A DNA stretch of 63,331 bases. Source: a virus. Lineage: Duplodnaviria > Caudoviricetes. Below, piece by piece: positions 1 through 10,112 of this stretch. The stretch's first letter is position 1. The number at the start of each line of letters is the position of its first letter. The notes under the pieces were generated by a model. The model had not been told where the DNA came from, ran no database searches, and worked only from the letters and a program-made list of their open reading frames with translations. Where the stretch lies: the IMG/VR virus record IMGVR_UViG_3300021964_000059, positions 1 through 63,331 of that record; one strand, 5' to 3'. Both the position numbers and the translations under genes were made by a program.

Positions 1-1264
1 CAACAAGCACTTCACCAACAGAATCAATTTGACCTTGAGCATTAACAGTAAAGACTGGTATCTGAGTAGTTGAACCATAAGTTCCAGCGGATACACCTGT
101 GTTAGTAATACTTAAAGTATTTGTGGTAGAGTCATAGGATAATCCGGTACCATTTAATCCTGCTTCATCAAGTCCTACATTAAAGTCGGAATCAAAGTTG
201 ATTCGTTCATATGATTGAACATCAATACTAAATACACCAGTCGCAGAATCATAAGTTAAGTCGCCACCAGCACTAAAGTATCCACGTATTGATGTAATAG
301 AAGTCGCGTCACCAAGGGCCGAGTCAAATCTATTTCTTGTATAAAAAAGATTTGATCCTTCTACAAGATCAGTTGTTGATTTAGTTGCAAGTCTGATATC
401 AAAATCAGAGTCAGATCTAGCCGTTGTATAGTAAAGGTTAGTTCCTTCAGATACATCTGATGTAGATTTAGTTGCTAACCTTATATCAAAATCAGAATCA
501 GCGCGAGCTGTCGTATAATAAAGATTTGATCCTTCTGGCAATTGTCCAGTATTTGCATCCCCAAGGTCAGAATCAAAATTTGCTTTAGTATAAATCTGCT
601 CGACATCAATGGAAAATTCACCAGTAGATGAGTTATATGTCAAGTCACCACCGGCACTCAGTGCATTGCGAATCTCCGCAATACGGTCAGCTGAATCATG
701 GAACGTAGTATCAAAGGAGTTTCCATCCGCAGTATTAATTGTAAAGACACCAGTTGCGGAATCGTAACTAGTTGATAATATTCCTGCAACAGAAATAGTT
801 CCAATTGAATCAATCTGTCCTTGTGCATTAACAGTAATGACAGGAACTTCAGAAGCAGATCCGTATGTGGCAGCAACTACACCAGTTGCTGTAATAGAAA
901 GAGTATTTGTGGCTGAGTCGTAAGATAATCCAACACCATTTAATGCAGCCTCGTCAAGTGCTTGATTAAAATCAGAATCAAAATTTGCTTTTGTATAAAT
1001 TTCTTCAACATTAATTGAGAATTGACCAGTTGACGAATCGTATGTTAAGTCACCATCAGCACTAAAGTATCCACGTATCTGTTGAATTGCTCTCGAGAAC
1101 TTACGAGTACCGTCTGCATCAGATAGAATAAATGAATTATCGGAATTCGGTACACCAAAATTAGGTTCAGCCTGATCAATTGTTAAAAAATCATAGCGAT
1201 TTGAATCTAATTGATCAGCTGTTTTTGTTTTAGTTTTACCTGAAAGTAGTGTACCAAAAGCCAT
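1..1264 (-). CDS. Repetitive tail fibre-like virion protein (N-terminal part; runs off window start)
   Basis: Not in ORF track because truncated. ATG at 1262-1264 overlaps the upstream TAA (TAATG). Reads [26 protein letters not shown]... open to base 1, with [21 protein letters not shown] and YGS-x3-P-x2[10 protein letters not shown] repeats. Confidence 0.8.
   Translation of the reverse strand, partial: MAFGTLLSGKTKTKTADQLDSNRYDFLTIDQAEPNFGVPNSDNSFILSDADGTRKFSRAIQQIRGYFSADGDLTYDSSTGQFSINVEEIYTKANFDSDFNQALDEAALNGVGLSYDSATNTLSITATGVVAATYGSASEVPVITVNAQGQIDSIGTISVAGILSTSYDSATGVFTINTADGNSFDTTFHDSADRIAEIRNALSAGGDLTYNSSTGEFSIDVEQIYTKANFDSDLGDANTGQLPEGSNLYYTTARADSDFDIRLATKSTSDVSEGTNLYYTTARSDSDFDIRLATKSTTDLVEGSNLFYTRNRFDSALGDATSITSIRGYFSAGGDLTYDSATGVFSIDVQSYERINFDSDFNVGLDEAGLNGTGLSYDSTTNTLSITNTGVSAGTYGSTTQIPVFTVNAQGQIDSVGEVLV
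20..1078 (-). repeat. Dispersed ~270-bp intragenic duplication (about 20-289 vs 806-1078)
   Basis: Exact cagcactaaagtatccacgtat at 268-289 and 1057-1078; both copies encode [16 protein letters not shown]...NFDSDFN-LDEA-LNG-GLSYDS-TNTLSIT...[10 protein letters not shown]. Confidence 0.8.
338..536 (-). repeat. Tandem 87-bp (29-aa) coding repeat, about 2.3 copies
   Basis: gatttagttgc at 378 and 465; unit [29 protein letters not shown]. Confidence 0.85.
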
Positions 1265-1734
1265 TATTCTACTCCAGTGTGTTCACTAGCCAATTTTTCT
1301 TCTGCTGATACCCAGACATCAAATTTATTAGCTACTTGAGCTTTAATTTGTATTCTATCACCATTTTGTGCTGCAGCGGGCGATCTCTTTACAATACTTC
1401 TACCCTGAAGTGGAACAAATCCTGTATCCCCTGCAGGTACTTCAATTCTACCAAATTCGATCGAATCACCACCCTCTGTAACCAATACAGTATCTAACCA
1501 TAAATCAGAATCAGTTGATTTATTCTTACACGCCATTGGTGTTAAAAAGAAAATCTCACCTGGTCGAATTGCTCGTGTGTTATCTGCAGAATCTCTTTCC
1601 GTAAACTTATTTGACGTATCTGGAATTGAAAAATCAGGAGCTTCAATTAATGTAATAAAAGAATCACTTACATCACTCTGAGTAAGAATAAGTGATTTAC
1701 CAGTTGATGGAGTCCTACATGTAATTCTTGCCAT
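1264..1734 (-). CDS. Hypothetical virion-associated protein
   Basis: 156 aa ORF within tail operon, translationally coupled to downstream fibre gene. Confidence 0.65.
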   Translation of the reverse strand: MARITCRTPSTGKSLILTQSDVSDSFITLIEAPDFSIPDTSNKFTERDSADNTRAIRPGEIFFLTPMACKNKSTDSDLWLDTVLVTEGGDSIEFGRIEVPAGDTGFVPLQGRSIVKRSPAAAQNGDRIQIKAQVANKFDVWVSAEEKLASEHTGVE

Positions 1735-1745
1735 TTTCTATTCTC

Positions 1746-3362
1746 CTAAAAATTCGTAGATAAAGCAGTACGAGTGGCAATTCTTCGTACTGCTGATTCA
1801 AACGGAGGGCCCGAAAGCTCACCTGTGTCAGCATCAATTTTCATACCACCAATAAATAATGCAGTACCTTCATCATCCTGACCCGATGCAATCACAACAC
1901 CACCATCAAGTTCTAAAATACTTTCTTCAATTGTCGTCTTATTTGCCGCCGGCGGTATTTGAGTTAATGCAACACCAGCCATTGTAGAATTAAATGTATG
2001 ACCAATTGCTGTAATTGTCGAAGGTTCTTTAATTAGTGTTGGACTATTTATTGTATTTTTTAGTGTAGTGAACATTTGATGAATATCAGAATCCGCTCCA
2101 GCACCGGTTTCAGTACCAAGAGCAGAATCTATGAAATCCCATGATGCAATATATGCATTTGTTTTGTCAGAGTCGATAATAGTAAGACCGACTCGATCAA
2201 AGAATCCCTCGATAGTATCAATCCATGGCTGCTCGTTCTGTGTTCTTAAAACCCAACTGATTGATTGCACCAATGTTCCTGTATCACGGCGAGTATACAA
2301 TTCATCAGCCTCAGTCCAACCTGTTGTATATCCTTCTGAGTCTAGGTAGTTCCACACATCATCTTTTAAGCCAGCCAGGAAATCTGAATCCATGATTGCA
2401 ACACCTGCAGTAGAATCCCTTGGTACTGTATAGCCTAATTTTTCTGGATCAACTCTATTTCTGGATCCATCAGCGACTAAGGTATAGTCACCAAATTGTG
2501 TTGAACAAGATGAAAGAATAATCTGGCCACCAGATAATGCAGTAAAATGTTTATGAGCCCAGATACTAATTGCGTTAACCGCGTTAATTAATGCGCCATT
2601 CTTTGCAACATACCCCATACCATTTTGAGTTGTTGGAGTTGCACCCCAAGTCATAAAGTTTGGATAGACTGAATACGGTGAAATAACTGCACCGTCTGCT
2701 AAACAAACACCACCACCCCTTGTGACAAACGGGTTAGCATTTTCTCTGTCTAATGGTGGAGCAACATAGAAAGGAAATGTAGATCTTACCGCGATTTTGT
2801 GGGCGTACGGCGTTCTCCTGATAACAGCGCCTGGTCTGAAAGCAACTGCAAATCCTTCGGTTGGGTTGTCAATATCATCGATTTGAAATCCTTCGAAGAC
2901 CGGACCTTGGAGGAAGCAACCCGATCCCATGCGAAAAACATTTCTTTGTTCATATCCTGCCTCTGGTTTAATAACACATGCTCGATAATCTGAATGAATA
3001 ATACAATCATCAGGCATATCAATATGCCCTTGAGTATAATAGGTACCTGGACCAATATGAATTACTGTTAACTCAGCTCTTGTTGTAGCTGCGGTCACAG
3101 CTGCTTCAATTGTTGCAAATGCCCTATCAAAGCTAGTACCATCATTACTATCACTGCCGGCTTTTTGAACATATAATGTATTTTCAACTGGTGCATGTGA
3201 AACAAATTTAAGAATTTCTTCTGCACCAGATTTATTTTGTTTTAAGAATATATTGCCATCATAGGTATTAACGGCCAATTCACCTAAAACAAGATCCCCT
3301 AGACCGGGTTCACTGCCGGTAGTATTTGAATTTTTCGAAATAATTGTTGAAATATCAACCAT
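1746..3362 (-). CDS. Tail fibre/spike protein with probable beta-helix domain
   Basis: N-terminal LGELAVNTYDGNIFLK fibre-attachment-like motif, then LYVQKAGSDSNDGTSFDRAFATIEAAV...IHIGPGTY typical of pectin-lyase-fold starts. Confidence 0.7.
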   Translation of the reverse strand: MVDISTIISKNSNTTGSEPGLGDLVLGELAVNTYDGNIFLKQNKSGAEEILKFVSHAPVENTLYVQKAGSDSNDGTSFDRAFATIEAAVTAATTRAELTVIHIGPGTYYTQGHIDMPDDCIIHSDYRACVIKPEAGYEQRNVFRMGSGCFLQGPVFEGFQIDDIDNPTEGFAVAFRPGAVIRRTPYAHKIAVRSTFPFYVAPPLDRENANPFVTRGGGVCLADGAVISPYSVYPNFMTWGATPTTQNGMGYVAKNGALINAVNAISIWAHKHFTALSGGQIILSSCSTQFGDYTLVADGSRNRVDPEKLGYTVPRDSTAGVAIMDSDFLAGLKDDVWNYLDSEGYTTGWTEADELYTRRDTGTLVQSISWVLRTQNEQPWIDTIEGFFDRVGLTIIDSDKTNAYIASWDFIDSALGTETGAGADSDIHQMFTTLKNTINSPTLIKEPSTITAIGHTFNSTMAGVALTQIPPAANKTTIEESILELDGGVVIASGQDDEGTALFIGGMKIDADTGELSGPPFESAVRRIATRTALSTNF

Positions 3363-3364
3363 GA

Positions 3365-5527
3365 CTAGAATGTCCCACCGTTAATTGTTGTTGGTCTACT
3401 AGATAATAGATAATAATCTAAGCCAGTTGCATGGAGTTGAACATAATCTGAATCAACTAATGCACTCACACCATTTGAATCCAGGCCAGAAATGCTTCCT
3501 GCAATCAGCGACACGTCGGCTGAATCAAGGACATTTGGTCTACCTGTTAAAATATTATAACTCAAACCGACTGCATGCAATTGCACGTAGGCTGAGTCAA
3601 CCTCATCCGCAATGATTGCAGCAACGTCAGCTGAATCAATAAGGTCTGTGTTTACAATAATACTTGATACGTTTGCCGAATCCAGTATATTCGGCGTACC
3701 TGTAAAGTTTGCGTAATCTAAATAGTATGTACCATTTTGATTATCAAGGGTATCAGCATCTATATTTAGATTATCAACAAACGTCTTATTAACAAGAGCA
3801 GTAACATCAGAATCGACTCGAGCTGTTGTATAGTAAAGATTAGATCCTTCGGTTAAATCAGAAGTGGATCTAGCGCTGAAATCTGAATCAAATCCTTGGT
3901 AATCACCTACTAGTGTATCACCTTGTAAGTTCGTCGCGTAGATATTACCAACATTAAGATCTGATAACGCAAAGCCAGTACCATTTCTGTCAATTACGTT
4001 AGTTGGTATAGCCGAATCAAGGGCTGAGTCAATTAGTCCAGCAAAGAGATAATACTGTGAGTTGGATGCATCGCGGAAGAAACCAGTGTGTCTCTTTGTA
4101 ACTCCACCATCGGGGGAGTAGTGAGCAACAAAACCAATATCAACCACATCAGAAAATTCGTTACTATCAGCAAGATGGAATAGTGGATCTGTTACTACAT
4201 ATGAAATGGTACTGACACTAGTTGTTCCACCATTAACACTCAAGTCACCATCAACCGTAAGGTTTGTGCCTATAAGGACTGATCCAGTTGTTGTGATTGA
4301 ATCGAATGTTACGCCCGCGTTTGTTGCAACAGATTGTCCGATTGCAATTTCACCGTCTGTGATCGTAACACCAGTTCCACCAGAGAAATGAGCTCTTACT
4401 TCAGTAGCGCTTGGTCCTGTGTAAGTAAATTTACCAGAAGCTGAATCGTAACGGAATGCACCATCACCACCTTGATCTTCTACGCTGTGGCTACTGCGCG
4501 CAAGTTCGATTATACCAGCAGAGTCAATTGCCTGGGCAACACCAACTGTTGAAATATCTGTTACAAGACCTGTAGAGTCAACAGTAACAACAGGAATTGC
4601 ACTTGTTGAACCAAATTGACCTGGAGTAACACCGCTGGCATCCAGAGCATAAGAAACCTCTACTCCGCTGACTGTTGCTGTCAATCCGACACCACTGAAA
4701 GTCATATCTGAGTTTGCAAGTGATATGGATCCTGTTCCCGTATCCCCAGTTGTGCTTAGTGTAATCCCTACACCACCAGTGATCCCGTCAACATAACCTT
4801 TTGTTGCAGCATCATCTGTGTCGGTTGGAGACGAGATGTTTACAATTCTTGAACTATTAACATCAACAGTTCCAGATCCGTTTGGATTAATACTAACATT
4901 ACCATCAGTGTTCGTTGATGCGATTTCATTTCCATCAATTGTAATATTGTCGACAAGTAACTCGTTTAGTTTCTTATTTGAATCAACAATTAGGGCACTT
5001 GATGCAGTAGTAATCCCGGGTGTATGATCTAAGAGAGAATCTCCACTACCACCAGATAATGTGGCAAAGGTAAAGTTTCCTAGTCCGTCTGTGGTTAGGA
5101 CTTGACCATCTGTACCGTCACTAATTCCTAAATCGGTTAAATCTGCAGGGGCATCTGTAATACCGTAGCCGCTTAGGGTTGTAGGTGTGTTTGAAAGACT
5201 GTCAAAATCACCATTGAACGCATCTGTAATTCCGTAGCCCGATAGAGTAGTCGGTGTACTTGTTAGATCTGCAAATGAAACACTGTCAAGAACTGCTGGT
5301 GTATTAGTAAAATTATTATAGTCTAAATAGTAGGTACCTTCAAAACCATCTAATGTGTCTGCATCATCAGCGGTCACGTTGGTAAATGTTAGATTCCCAT
5401 TACCATCAGTAGATAGAACTTGTCCACTTGTTCCATCAGTCGTCGGATATAATAACCCAACAATTGTAGCTGAATCAGTGACAACAAGTCCACCTTCAAT
5501 TTTAAAGGGTTTCCTTATTGCTGCCAC
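3365..5527 (-). CDS. Long tail fibre-like protein with internal repeats
   Basis: 720 aa G/S/T/D-rich; DGTSGQVLSTDGNG, TPTTLSGYGITDA x2, DAATKGYVD, VDSxYVQLHAxGL x2. Confidence 0.8.
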   Translation of the reverse strand: MAAIRKPFKIEGGLVVTDSATIVGLLYPTTDGTSGQVLSTDGNGNLTFTNVTADDADTLDGFEGTYYLDYNNFTNTPAVLDSVSFADLTSTPTTLSGYGITDAFNGDFDSLSNTPTTLSGYGITDAPADLTDLGISDGTDGQVLTTDGLGNFTFATLSGGSGDSLLDHTPGITTASSALIVDSNKKLNELLVDNITIDGNEIASTNTDGNVSINPNGSGTVDVNSSRIVNISSPTDTDDAATKGYVDGITGGVGITLSTTGDTGTGSISLANSDMTFSGVGLTATVSGVEVSYALDASGVTPGQFGSTSAIPVVTVDSTGLVTDISTVGVAQAIDSAGIIELARSSHSVEDQGGDGAFRYDSASGKFTYTGPSATEVRAHFSGGTGVTITDGEIAIGQSVATNAGVTFDSITTTGSVLIGTNLTVDGDLSVNGGTTSVSTISYVVTDPLFHLADSNEFSDVVDIGFVAHYSPDGGVTKRHTGFFRDASNSQYYLFAGLIDSALDSAIPTNVIDRNGTGFALSDLNVGNIYATNLQGDTLVGDYQGFDSDFSARSTSDLTEGSNLYYTTARVDSDVTALVNKTFVDNLNIDADTLDNQNGTYYLDYANFTGTPNILDSANVSSIIVNTDLIDSADVAAIIADEVDSAYVQLHAVGLSYNILTGRPNVLDSADVSLIAGSISGLDSNGVSALVDSDYVQLHATGLDYYLLSSRPTTINGGTF

Positions 5528-5571
5528 AATAAACTCCTTGACTGTTGTAATTTACATTTAGGTAAAAACAT

Positions 5572-6525
5572 TTATATCCCGCTAATCAATCTTTTGGCTT
5601 TGACAGAAACATTGGATGCACTAGGTGTAAATAGTAACTTTACCTGATCATTATTAGAGTCTAAGATAGCATCAAAGGAACCCAAATCATCCCCTGTAAA
5701 CATTTTAGCAAATTCTTGCAAATACACATTTGAACTATCATGAATCAATAAAATTTCAGCTGCACCAAATTGATTAGTTGTATTCTGCTCCATTTGAATA
5801 AAATATTTGGCTGAACGCTGTGTAATAGTGGAGAACGTATCAAGAATCTCTTCTGTAATCCCACTAAAATCCTCGTCAACCACACTACTCAGGTTCTGAG
5901 CTGCATCAACGCCGGCCGACGAAATTGAACCAACCTCTTCTTCGACAATACCAAAACGATTGACCCGTTGAAAGGTCAATGTGCCATTAACATCCTTTAA
6001 TGCTATACTACCAATGTAAAGTGTATTTCCTGTCAGCCACAGATCTTTCCATCTGTTAAGTGGACTACCAAGAGATCTAACACTATCGACATCTGGAATC
6101 AGATCTACGTCTATAGAATCAAAATTTCGTCGAGCTTTGATATAATCGGAGTCAATAATATCACTAATTAAGTACTCAGCAGCTGTAATGACACGACCAA
6201 ACGAATCAATTTCAAATGCAGCTATTTCACTAGGACTACCATAACTACCAGCTGTCGCCAACTCTGGAAGATTAATCGAAAGTGTATTAGTAGCACTATC
6301 ATATGTTTCATTAATCTCACCACCGATTGCAAGTCGCGACGAAGTATACTTACCGGTGTTGGAATCATAGACAAAGATGTCAAGATGCTGTTTACCAGTA
6401 GTTTCCAAATCAGTAATCGAAGTAATGCTCTGCTGTGCCCCTGTCACGCTTCTAACAGGAGTACCAACTACAATCTTCTTGACAATAGTTCTAGATTTTA
6501 TGGTGGTTGATATTGTTTCTGACAT
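5572..6525 (-). CDS. Virion structural/fibre-associated protein
   Basis: 317 aa; LIPDVDSVRSLGSPLNRWKDLWL fibre motif and C-terminal RSAKYFIQ...EILLIHD domain recurrent in T4-like marine phage virion proteins. Confidence 0.65.
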   Translation of the reverse strand: MSETISTTIKSRTIVKKIVVGTPVRSVTGAQQSITSITDLETTGKQHLDIFVYDSNTGKYTSSRLAIGGEINETYDSATNTLSINLPELATAGSYGSPSEIAAFEIDSFGRVITAAEYLISDIIDSDYIKARRNFDSIDVDLIPDVDSVRSLGSPLNRWKDLWLTGNTLYIGSIALKDVNGTLTFQRVNRFGIVEEEVGSISSAGVDAAQNLSSVVDEDFSGITEEILDTFSTITQRSAKYFIQMEQNTTNQFGAAEILLIHDSSNVYLQEFAKMFTGDDLGSFDAILDSNNDQVKLLFTPSASNVSVKAKRLISGI

Positions 6526-6527
6526 CG

Positions 6528-6881
6528 CTACCTCGTGACAGATGGAGCCACTTGCACTCGGCCCTCTAAAATACGCTCAATGATAGTATTATCGTCACTG
6601 TCTGTATAAGAAATTTCCACGTCGTAAACATATCTTCCTTTGGTTAACGCATCCGTTTGTGTATTTGTTAAAGAAAGTGTGATGACTCCGTTTGTAGGAG
6701 GAGTAGCAACCAAAGTTGAGAAATTAGTTGTGTCGGAGCTATCACTGTTATAATTTTTCTTTAGTTTAGCTGACACGAGATGGTTAGTGAGGTCTTTGAC
6801 AGAGCCATCTACATTTATTAGATGCAATTCGACTGCTAGATCAGCTCCCTGATCTATTGTAAATTCTTCGTAAGCGGCCAT
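6528..6881 (-). CDS. Small virion structural protein (BppU/Ig-like fibre adaptor)
   Basis: 117 aa; IDQGAD...GVITLSLTNTQT...GRYVYDVEI...RILEG pattern. Confidence 0.65.
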   Translation of the reverse strand: MAAYEEFTIDQGADLAVELHLINVDGSVKDLTNHLVSAKLKKNYNSDSSDTTNFSTLVATPPTNGVITLSLTNTQTDALTKGRYVYDVEISYTDSDDNTIIERILEGRVQVAPSVTR

Positions 6882-6933
6882 GAAATACCTCGGTTATTTC
6901 TTTGTCGGACGTTATTGCCCCTGCCTATGGTTT

Positions 6934-6941
6934 TATTTATA
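6934..6941 (-). promoter_or_regulatory. T4-type late promoter TATAAATA
   Basis: Exact TATAAATA on minus strand upstream of the 6881 fibre operon. Confidence 0.75.
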
Positions 6942-6948
6942 ATAAATA
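6942..6948 (+). promoter_or_regulatory. Late promoter-like ATAAATA, divergent, upstream of inverted cassette
   Basis: aATAAATA back-to-back with the minus-strand TATAAATA, 30 nt before ATG 6979. Confidence 0.5.
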
Positions 6949-6978
6949 TGTTTGCAAGTTTCCGTAAAAGTAAACATA

Positions 6979-7512
6979 ATGTATAAAATAGTACAGTGGC
7001 GCCAAAATTTAAACTTGAGCACGTTTTATGAAAAGGCTTTAGCTAAACAATACATGAACAACATTAACCAAGAAGTGATGGTCAATCAATTGAAGAATGA
7101 AAATGTATGGAAAGGGTTTGTTCTATATCGTGATTTAGATCCAATTGGGTTTACATCTCTTCATAGCATTTTTGATATTGATCCTAAGGGGTACAGAATA
7201 TTGTGTAGAACTGCTTTGATTGAAAGTCCCGAACGAGTAATCAGTAGAGATTCGGTTAGAAAACATAAGCATCTCACATCCAGGTATCTTGCTCCTGCTT
7301 GTCTTAACTCAGTTGAAGGAAATTGTTACATTTCTACTAATAAAAGTAAAGTAGCCAGTCAACGGTTGGTTCATAATATCTTTATGCCTATATGGAAAGA
7401 GATGGGAATAGCAGAAGATGTATTTAAAACAAACTATCGCGGTCATGAACAAACATTTTGGTTGATAAACAAACAGGCGTTCTTAGAGAGTTTAGATGAA
7501 ACCAGTACATGA
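6979..7512 (+). CDS. Hypothetical protein (possibly GNAT-like fold)
   Basis: ORF track 6952-7512; ATG 6979 preferred. First gene of overlapping plus-strand operon; fold guess is weak. Confidence 0.55.
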   Translation: MYKIVQWRQNLNLSTFYEKALAKQYMNNINQEVMVNQLKNENVWKGFVLYRDLDPIGFTSLHSIFDIDPKGYRILCRTALIESPERVISRDSVRKHKHLTSRYLAPACLNSVEGNCYISTNKSKVASQRLVHNIFMPIWKEMGIAEDVFKTNYRGHEQTFWLINKQAFLESLDETST

Positions 7513-7972
7513 GATAAATTACCTGTTCAACAAACACTTGTTACTGACAGAGATAGAACATCTTAAAGGTCATAGTAAGGCCTATACGGACAATAGATAT
7601 TCTGCGGCCGCAGACAACTGGAGAATAATTAAAGAGACTAATCTGAAAGTAGGAGAAAAGGAAACACAGAGGTTCTTAGATTTCTATAACATTAGTAATA
7701 GCGGTTCCTGCAGATACTATATTCTTAAAAAAAATACAAGTTTGCAAATGCATGTGGATAACCATACAACGTGTTCAGTCAATGTAATTCTAAACAACAA
7801 TTGTGCTCCTGTCACAGTTGAGGACGTAGACTATTTTTACTCAACTGCAATTTTGAATACCCAAAAACGACATGGTGTGATCAATTCTGACACAGATAGG
7901 TTGTTATTTAAAATATCGTTCTTTGATTTGCCCTACGAGGAGTTAGTAAAAATTGTCTCTAGTGTACAGTGA
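7496..7972 (+). CDS. 2OG-Fe(II) oxygenase-like protein
   Basis: HxD (LQMHVD), distal His (KRHGVIN) and Arg (DRLLFKISF) of the double-stranded beta-helix fold. Confidence 0.7.
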   Translation: MKPVHEINYLFNKHLLLTEIEHLKGHSKAYTDNRYSAAADNWRIIKETNLKVGEKETQRFLDFYNISNSGSCRYYILKKNTSLQMHVDNHTTCSVNVILNNNCAPVTVEDVDYFYSTAILNTQKRHGVINSDTDRLLFKISFFDLPYEELVKIVSSVQ

Positions 7973-8579
7973 TATCACTCAATTTGGTAGAGTAATTCCT
8001 CTCAAGTTAAAGTTAGACCCAGCTAAACTTTTGAACGAAATATCCTCATTCAAGTGGTCAATCTATAATACAACAAAACAAGTACCCATTCCCAGGCTTG
8101 GGTTATCAATAACTCACAATAAAAAATATCCTTCACTTGATTTAGAATCTTTACTAGAATATAATCAAAAAAATAACACAAACCTCAATGATGAGGATTT
8201 CAATCAATTTACTGATGTGTTTTTTAAATCAAAAGAAATCAGAGATATTTCGAAAGAGTTCCATTCCCATCTTGCAAGGTCTCACATTTTAAAAATGCAA
8301 GAAGGGGGGTATTTTCCTCCACATCGGGATCCTGTTTTACCCTCTCACAATCTTAATTGTTTTAGAATACTTGTGCCAATATATGGTTGTAATCCTCCAA
8401 CAACATACTTCTTTATTGACGAAAAACTACAGCACTGGAATCATGGCCAGGCTTATTTCATTGATACAAATATGATGCATCATTTCTTCTCTTATAATGA
8501 GTCAATGATGATAGTATTCAACATTTCTATTAATGACGAGACAGTAAATACATTAATCCATAATATGGAAAAGATATGA
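7953..8579 (+). CDS. Aspartyl/asparaginyl beta-hydroxylase-like 2OG-Fe(II) oxygenase
   Basis: RSHILKMQEGGYFPPHRD...FRILVP...GQAYFIDTNMMH. Confidence 0.7.
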   Translation: MSLVYSDITQFGRVIPLKLKLDPAKLLNEISSFKWSIYNTTKQVPIPRLGLSITHNKKYPSLDLESLLEYNQKNNTNLNDEDFNQFTDVFFKSKEIRDISKEFHSHLARSHILKMQEGGYFPPHRDPVLPSHNLNCFRILVPIYGCNPPTTYFFIDEKLQHWNHGQAYFIDTNMMHHFFSYNESMMIVFNISINDETVNTLIHNMEKI

Positions 8580-9517
8580 ATATACTGTATTCTGTCTACA
8601 AAGACAATAGTCAAATAAAATTTAAAGAACCATTTAATTTAGAAAGTTCTAACGAGATTGTGTATGGTAATGATTTTCATAAGCTTGGTGAATTTATTAT
8701 TAATATTTCAGAGGTTCTTATAAAACTTAAGCTACTCAACTATACCAAAGAATTTAGAATTGGTATTTGTGTTCCTAGAGAAGTTAAAACAAAGTTCAAC
8801 ACTGATGATAAAGAAACGACTTTACAATCAATGATTGCTTTGGTCCATGAGCTTAAGGTATACAATCCTATACATTATGTGTTCTTTGAGTACAATGATT
8901 TCGAAGATAACCTCACAGACTCATTCAAGCCACTGAGAGCACCTATACACATCTGGCAGACGGAAACAAGATGGAGAGGGGATGGAAACTTCATATGTGT
9001 GAAAGAGAGTAGAAATAAAGATTGGATGTTGCCTGCAGACATGAGTCCGATCATCGATCAAGCTTGTGAATTGGGCTTGCAGGTCAAAACGATAAAATAT
9101 GGGATGACAATAGCAGATCAAATCGATCTTCTTTCTCGATGTAAGTGTCTTGTGACGGAAAGGGGTGGTCAAATATTATTGTCTACGTTGATAGGAACAC
9201 CGTTCATACTATGTTCTGCAGAACCGGAAGCTTTGTTTGAGAGAAACGGCGAATTAGGAACAATGATATTTGAGTCTGACACATTAGGAATGAATCCTGA
9301 CACCAAGACACTGGTTAATGATAAAGTTTGTAATAAGAGATTTGATAATTCAATAACTGTAGCTGACTATTGCAATAATGACAACATATTGAAACAATTT
9401 ATACAGTGTAGACATAAACCAGACTTACAGAAGCAATATGTGTTAAATAATTTTGAAATAGTTGATGTCGCCTCTGATTATTATGTTTCTGAGATAAAGA
9501 AGGTGTTAGGTGTATAG
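8576..9517 (+). CDS. Putative glycosyltransferase (GT-B; GT61/GT9-like C-terminal motif)
   Basis: MTIADQIDLLSRCKCLVTERGGQILLSTLIGTP resembles GT-B C-terminal motif; cluster context. Confidence 0.45.
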   Translation: MNILYSVYKDNSQIKFKEPFNLESSNEIVYGNDFHKLGEFIINISEVLIKLKLLNYTKEFRIGICVPREVKTKFNTDDKETTLQSMIALVHELKVYNPIHYVFFEYNDFEDNLTDSFKPLRAPIHIWQTETRWRGDGNFICVKESRNKDWMLPADMSPIIDQACELGLQVKTIKYGMTIADQIDLLSRCKCLVTERGGQILLSTLIGTPFILCSAEPEALFERNGELGTMIFESDTLGMNPDTKTLVNDKVCNKRFDNSITVADYCNNDNILKQFIQCRHKPDLQKQYVLNNFEIVDVASDYYVSEIKKVLGV

Positions 9518-10112
9518 TTTTCCTTATAAGGGTGATAGTTATTCAATAATTGTATCTGGTGGTGTAGATAGCGCACTAGTATTATATTATTTGTTATTAA
9601 AAAACAAACCAGTTAACGTATACACAACAGCTTCAGAGAAGACATTGTACAAGAACGCGATAACGAGTGTCAATGTAATACAAAAATGTATGGAGCTGAC
9701 AAATAACTATCAAGTTACCCATCAGGTTTTTTATCAACGTTCTGGGGACATAAAAACTATAATGAGGCCACTGATACAAAAATTCAACAGTGGAGAGATG
9801 CGATACTTATATACAGGTGTTACAGCAAATCCGCCGGCAGGTACAATTGATATGATTTCCGGTCAAGAGTCTCAGAGAGACCCGAACGAAACCAGAAATT
9901 TAGAGATACAACCATTCATCATTCAACCATTCACAAATTATGATAAACGTTGGATTGCAACTAAATACAAAGAACTCGGCCTGTTGGATACACTATTTCC
10001 TGTAACAAGGAGTTGTGAACATCAAGCTGAAGATCATGGTGATCCAGGTTATGGCCATTGTGGCTTATGTTGGTGGTGCAAAGAAAGATTGTGGGCTTTT
10101 GATCAATTATGA
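9510..10112 (+). CDS. QueC-like PP-loop ATPase
   Basis: SGGVDS PP-loop; C-terminal TRSC...HCGLCWWCKER zinc site. Confidence 0.8.
   Translation: MYSFPYKGDSYSIIVSGGVDSALVLYYLLLKNKPVNVYTTASEKTLYKNAITSVNVIQKCMELTNNYQVTHQVFYQRSGDIKTIMRPLIQKFNSGEMRYLYTGVTANPPAGTIDMISGQESQRDPNETRNLEIQPFIIQPFTNYDKRWIATKYKELGLLDTLFPVTRSCEHQAEDHGDPGYGHCGLCWWCKERLWAFDQL

Noticed and set aside
1-5527. Fibre repeats as a diversity-generating retroelement TR/VR pair or CRISPR array
   Set aside because: Repeats are in-frame coding units with synonymous divergence; no reverse transcriptase, no adenine-specific variation, no repeat-spacer pattern.
6946-6975. Early promoter from GTTTAC at 6970-6975 (minus)
   Set aside because: No acceptable -10 hexamer at 17-18 nt spacing.
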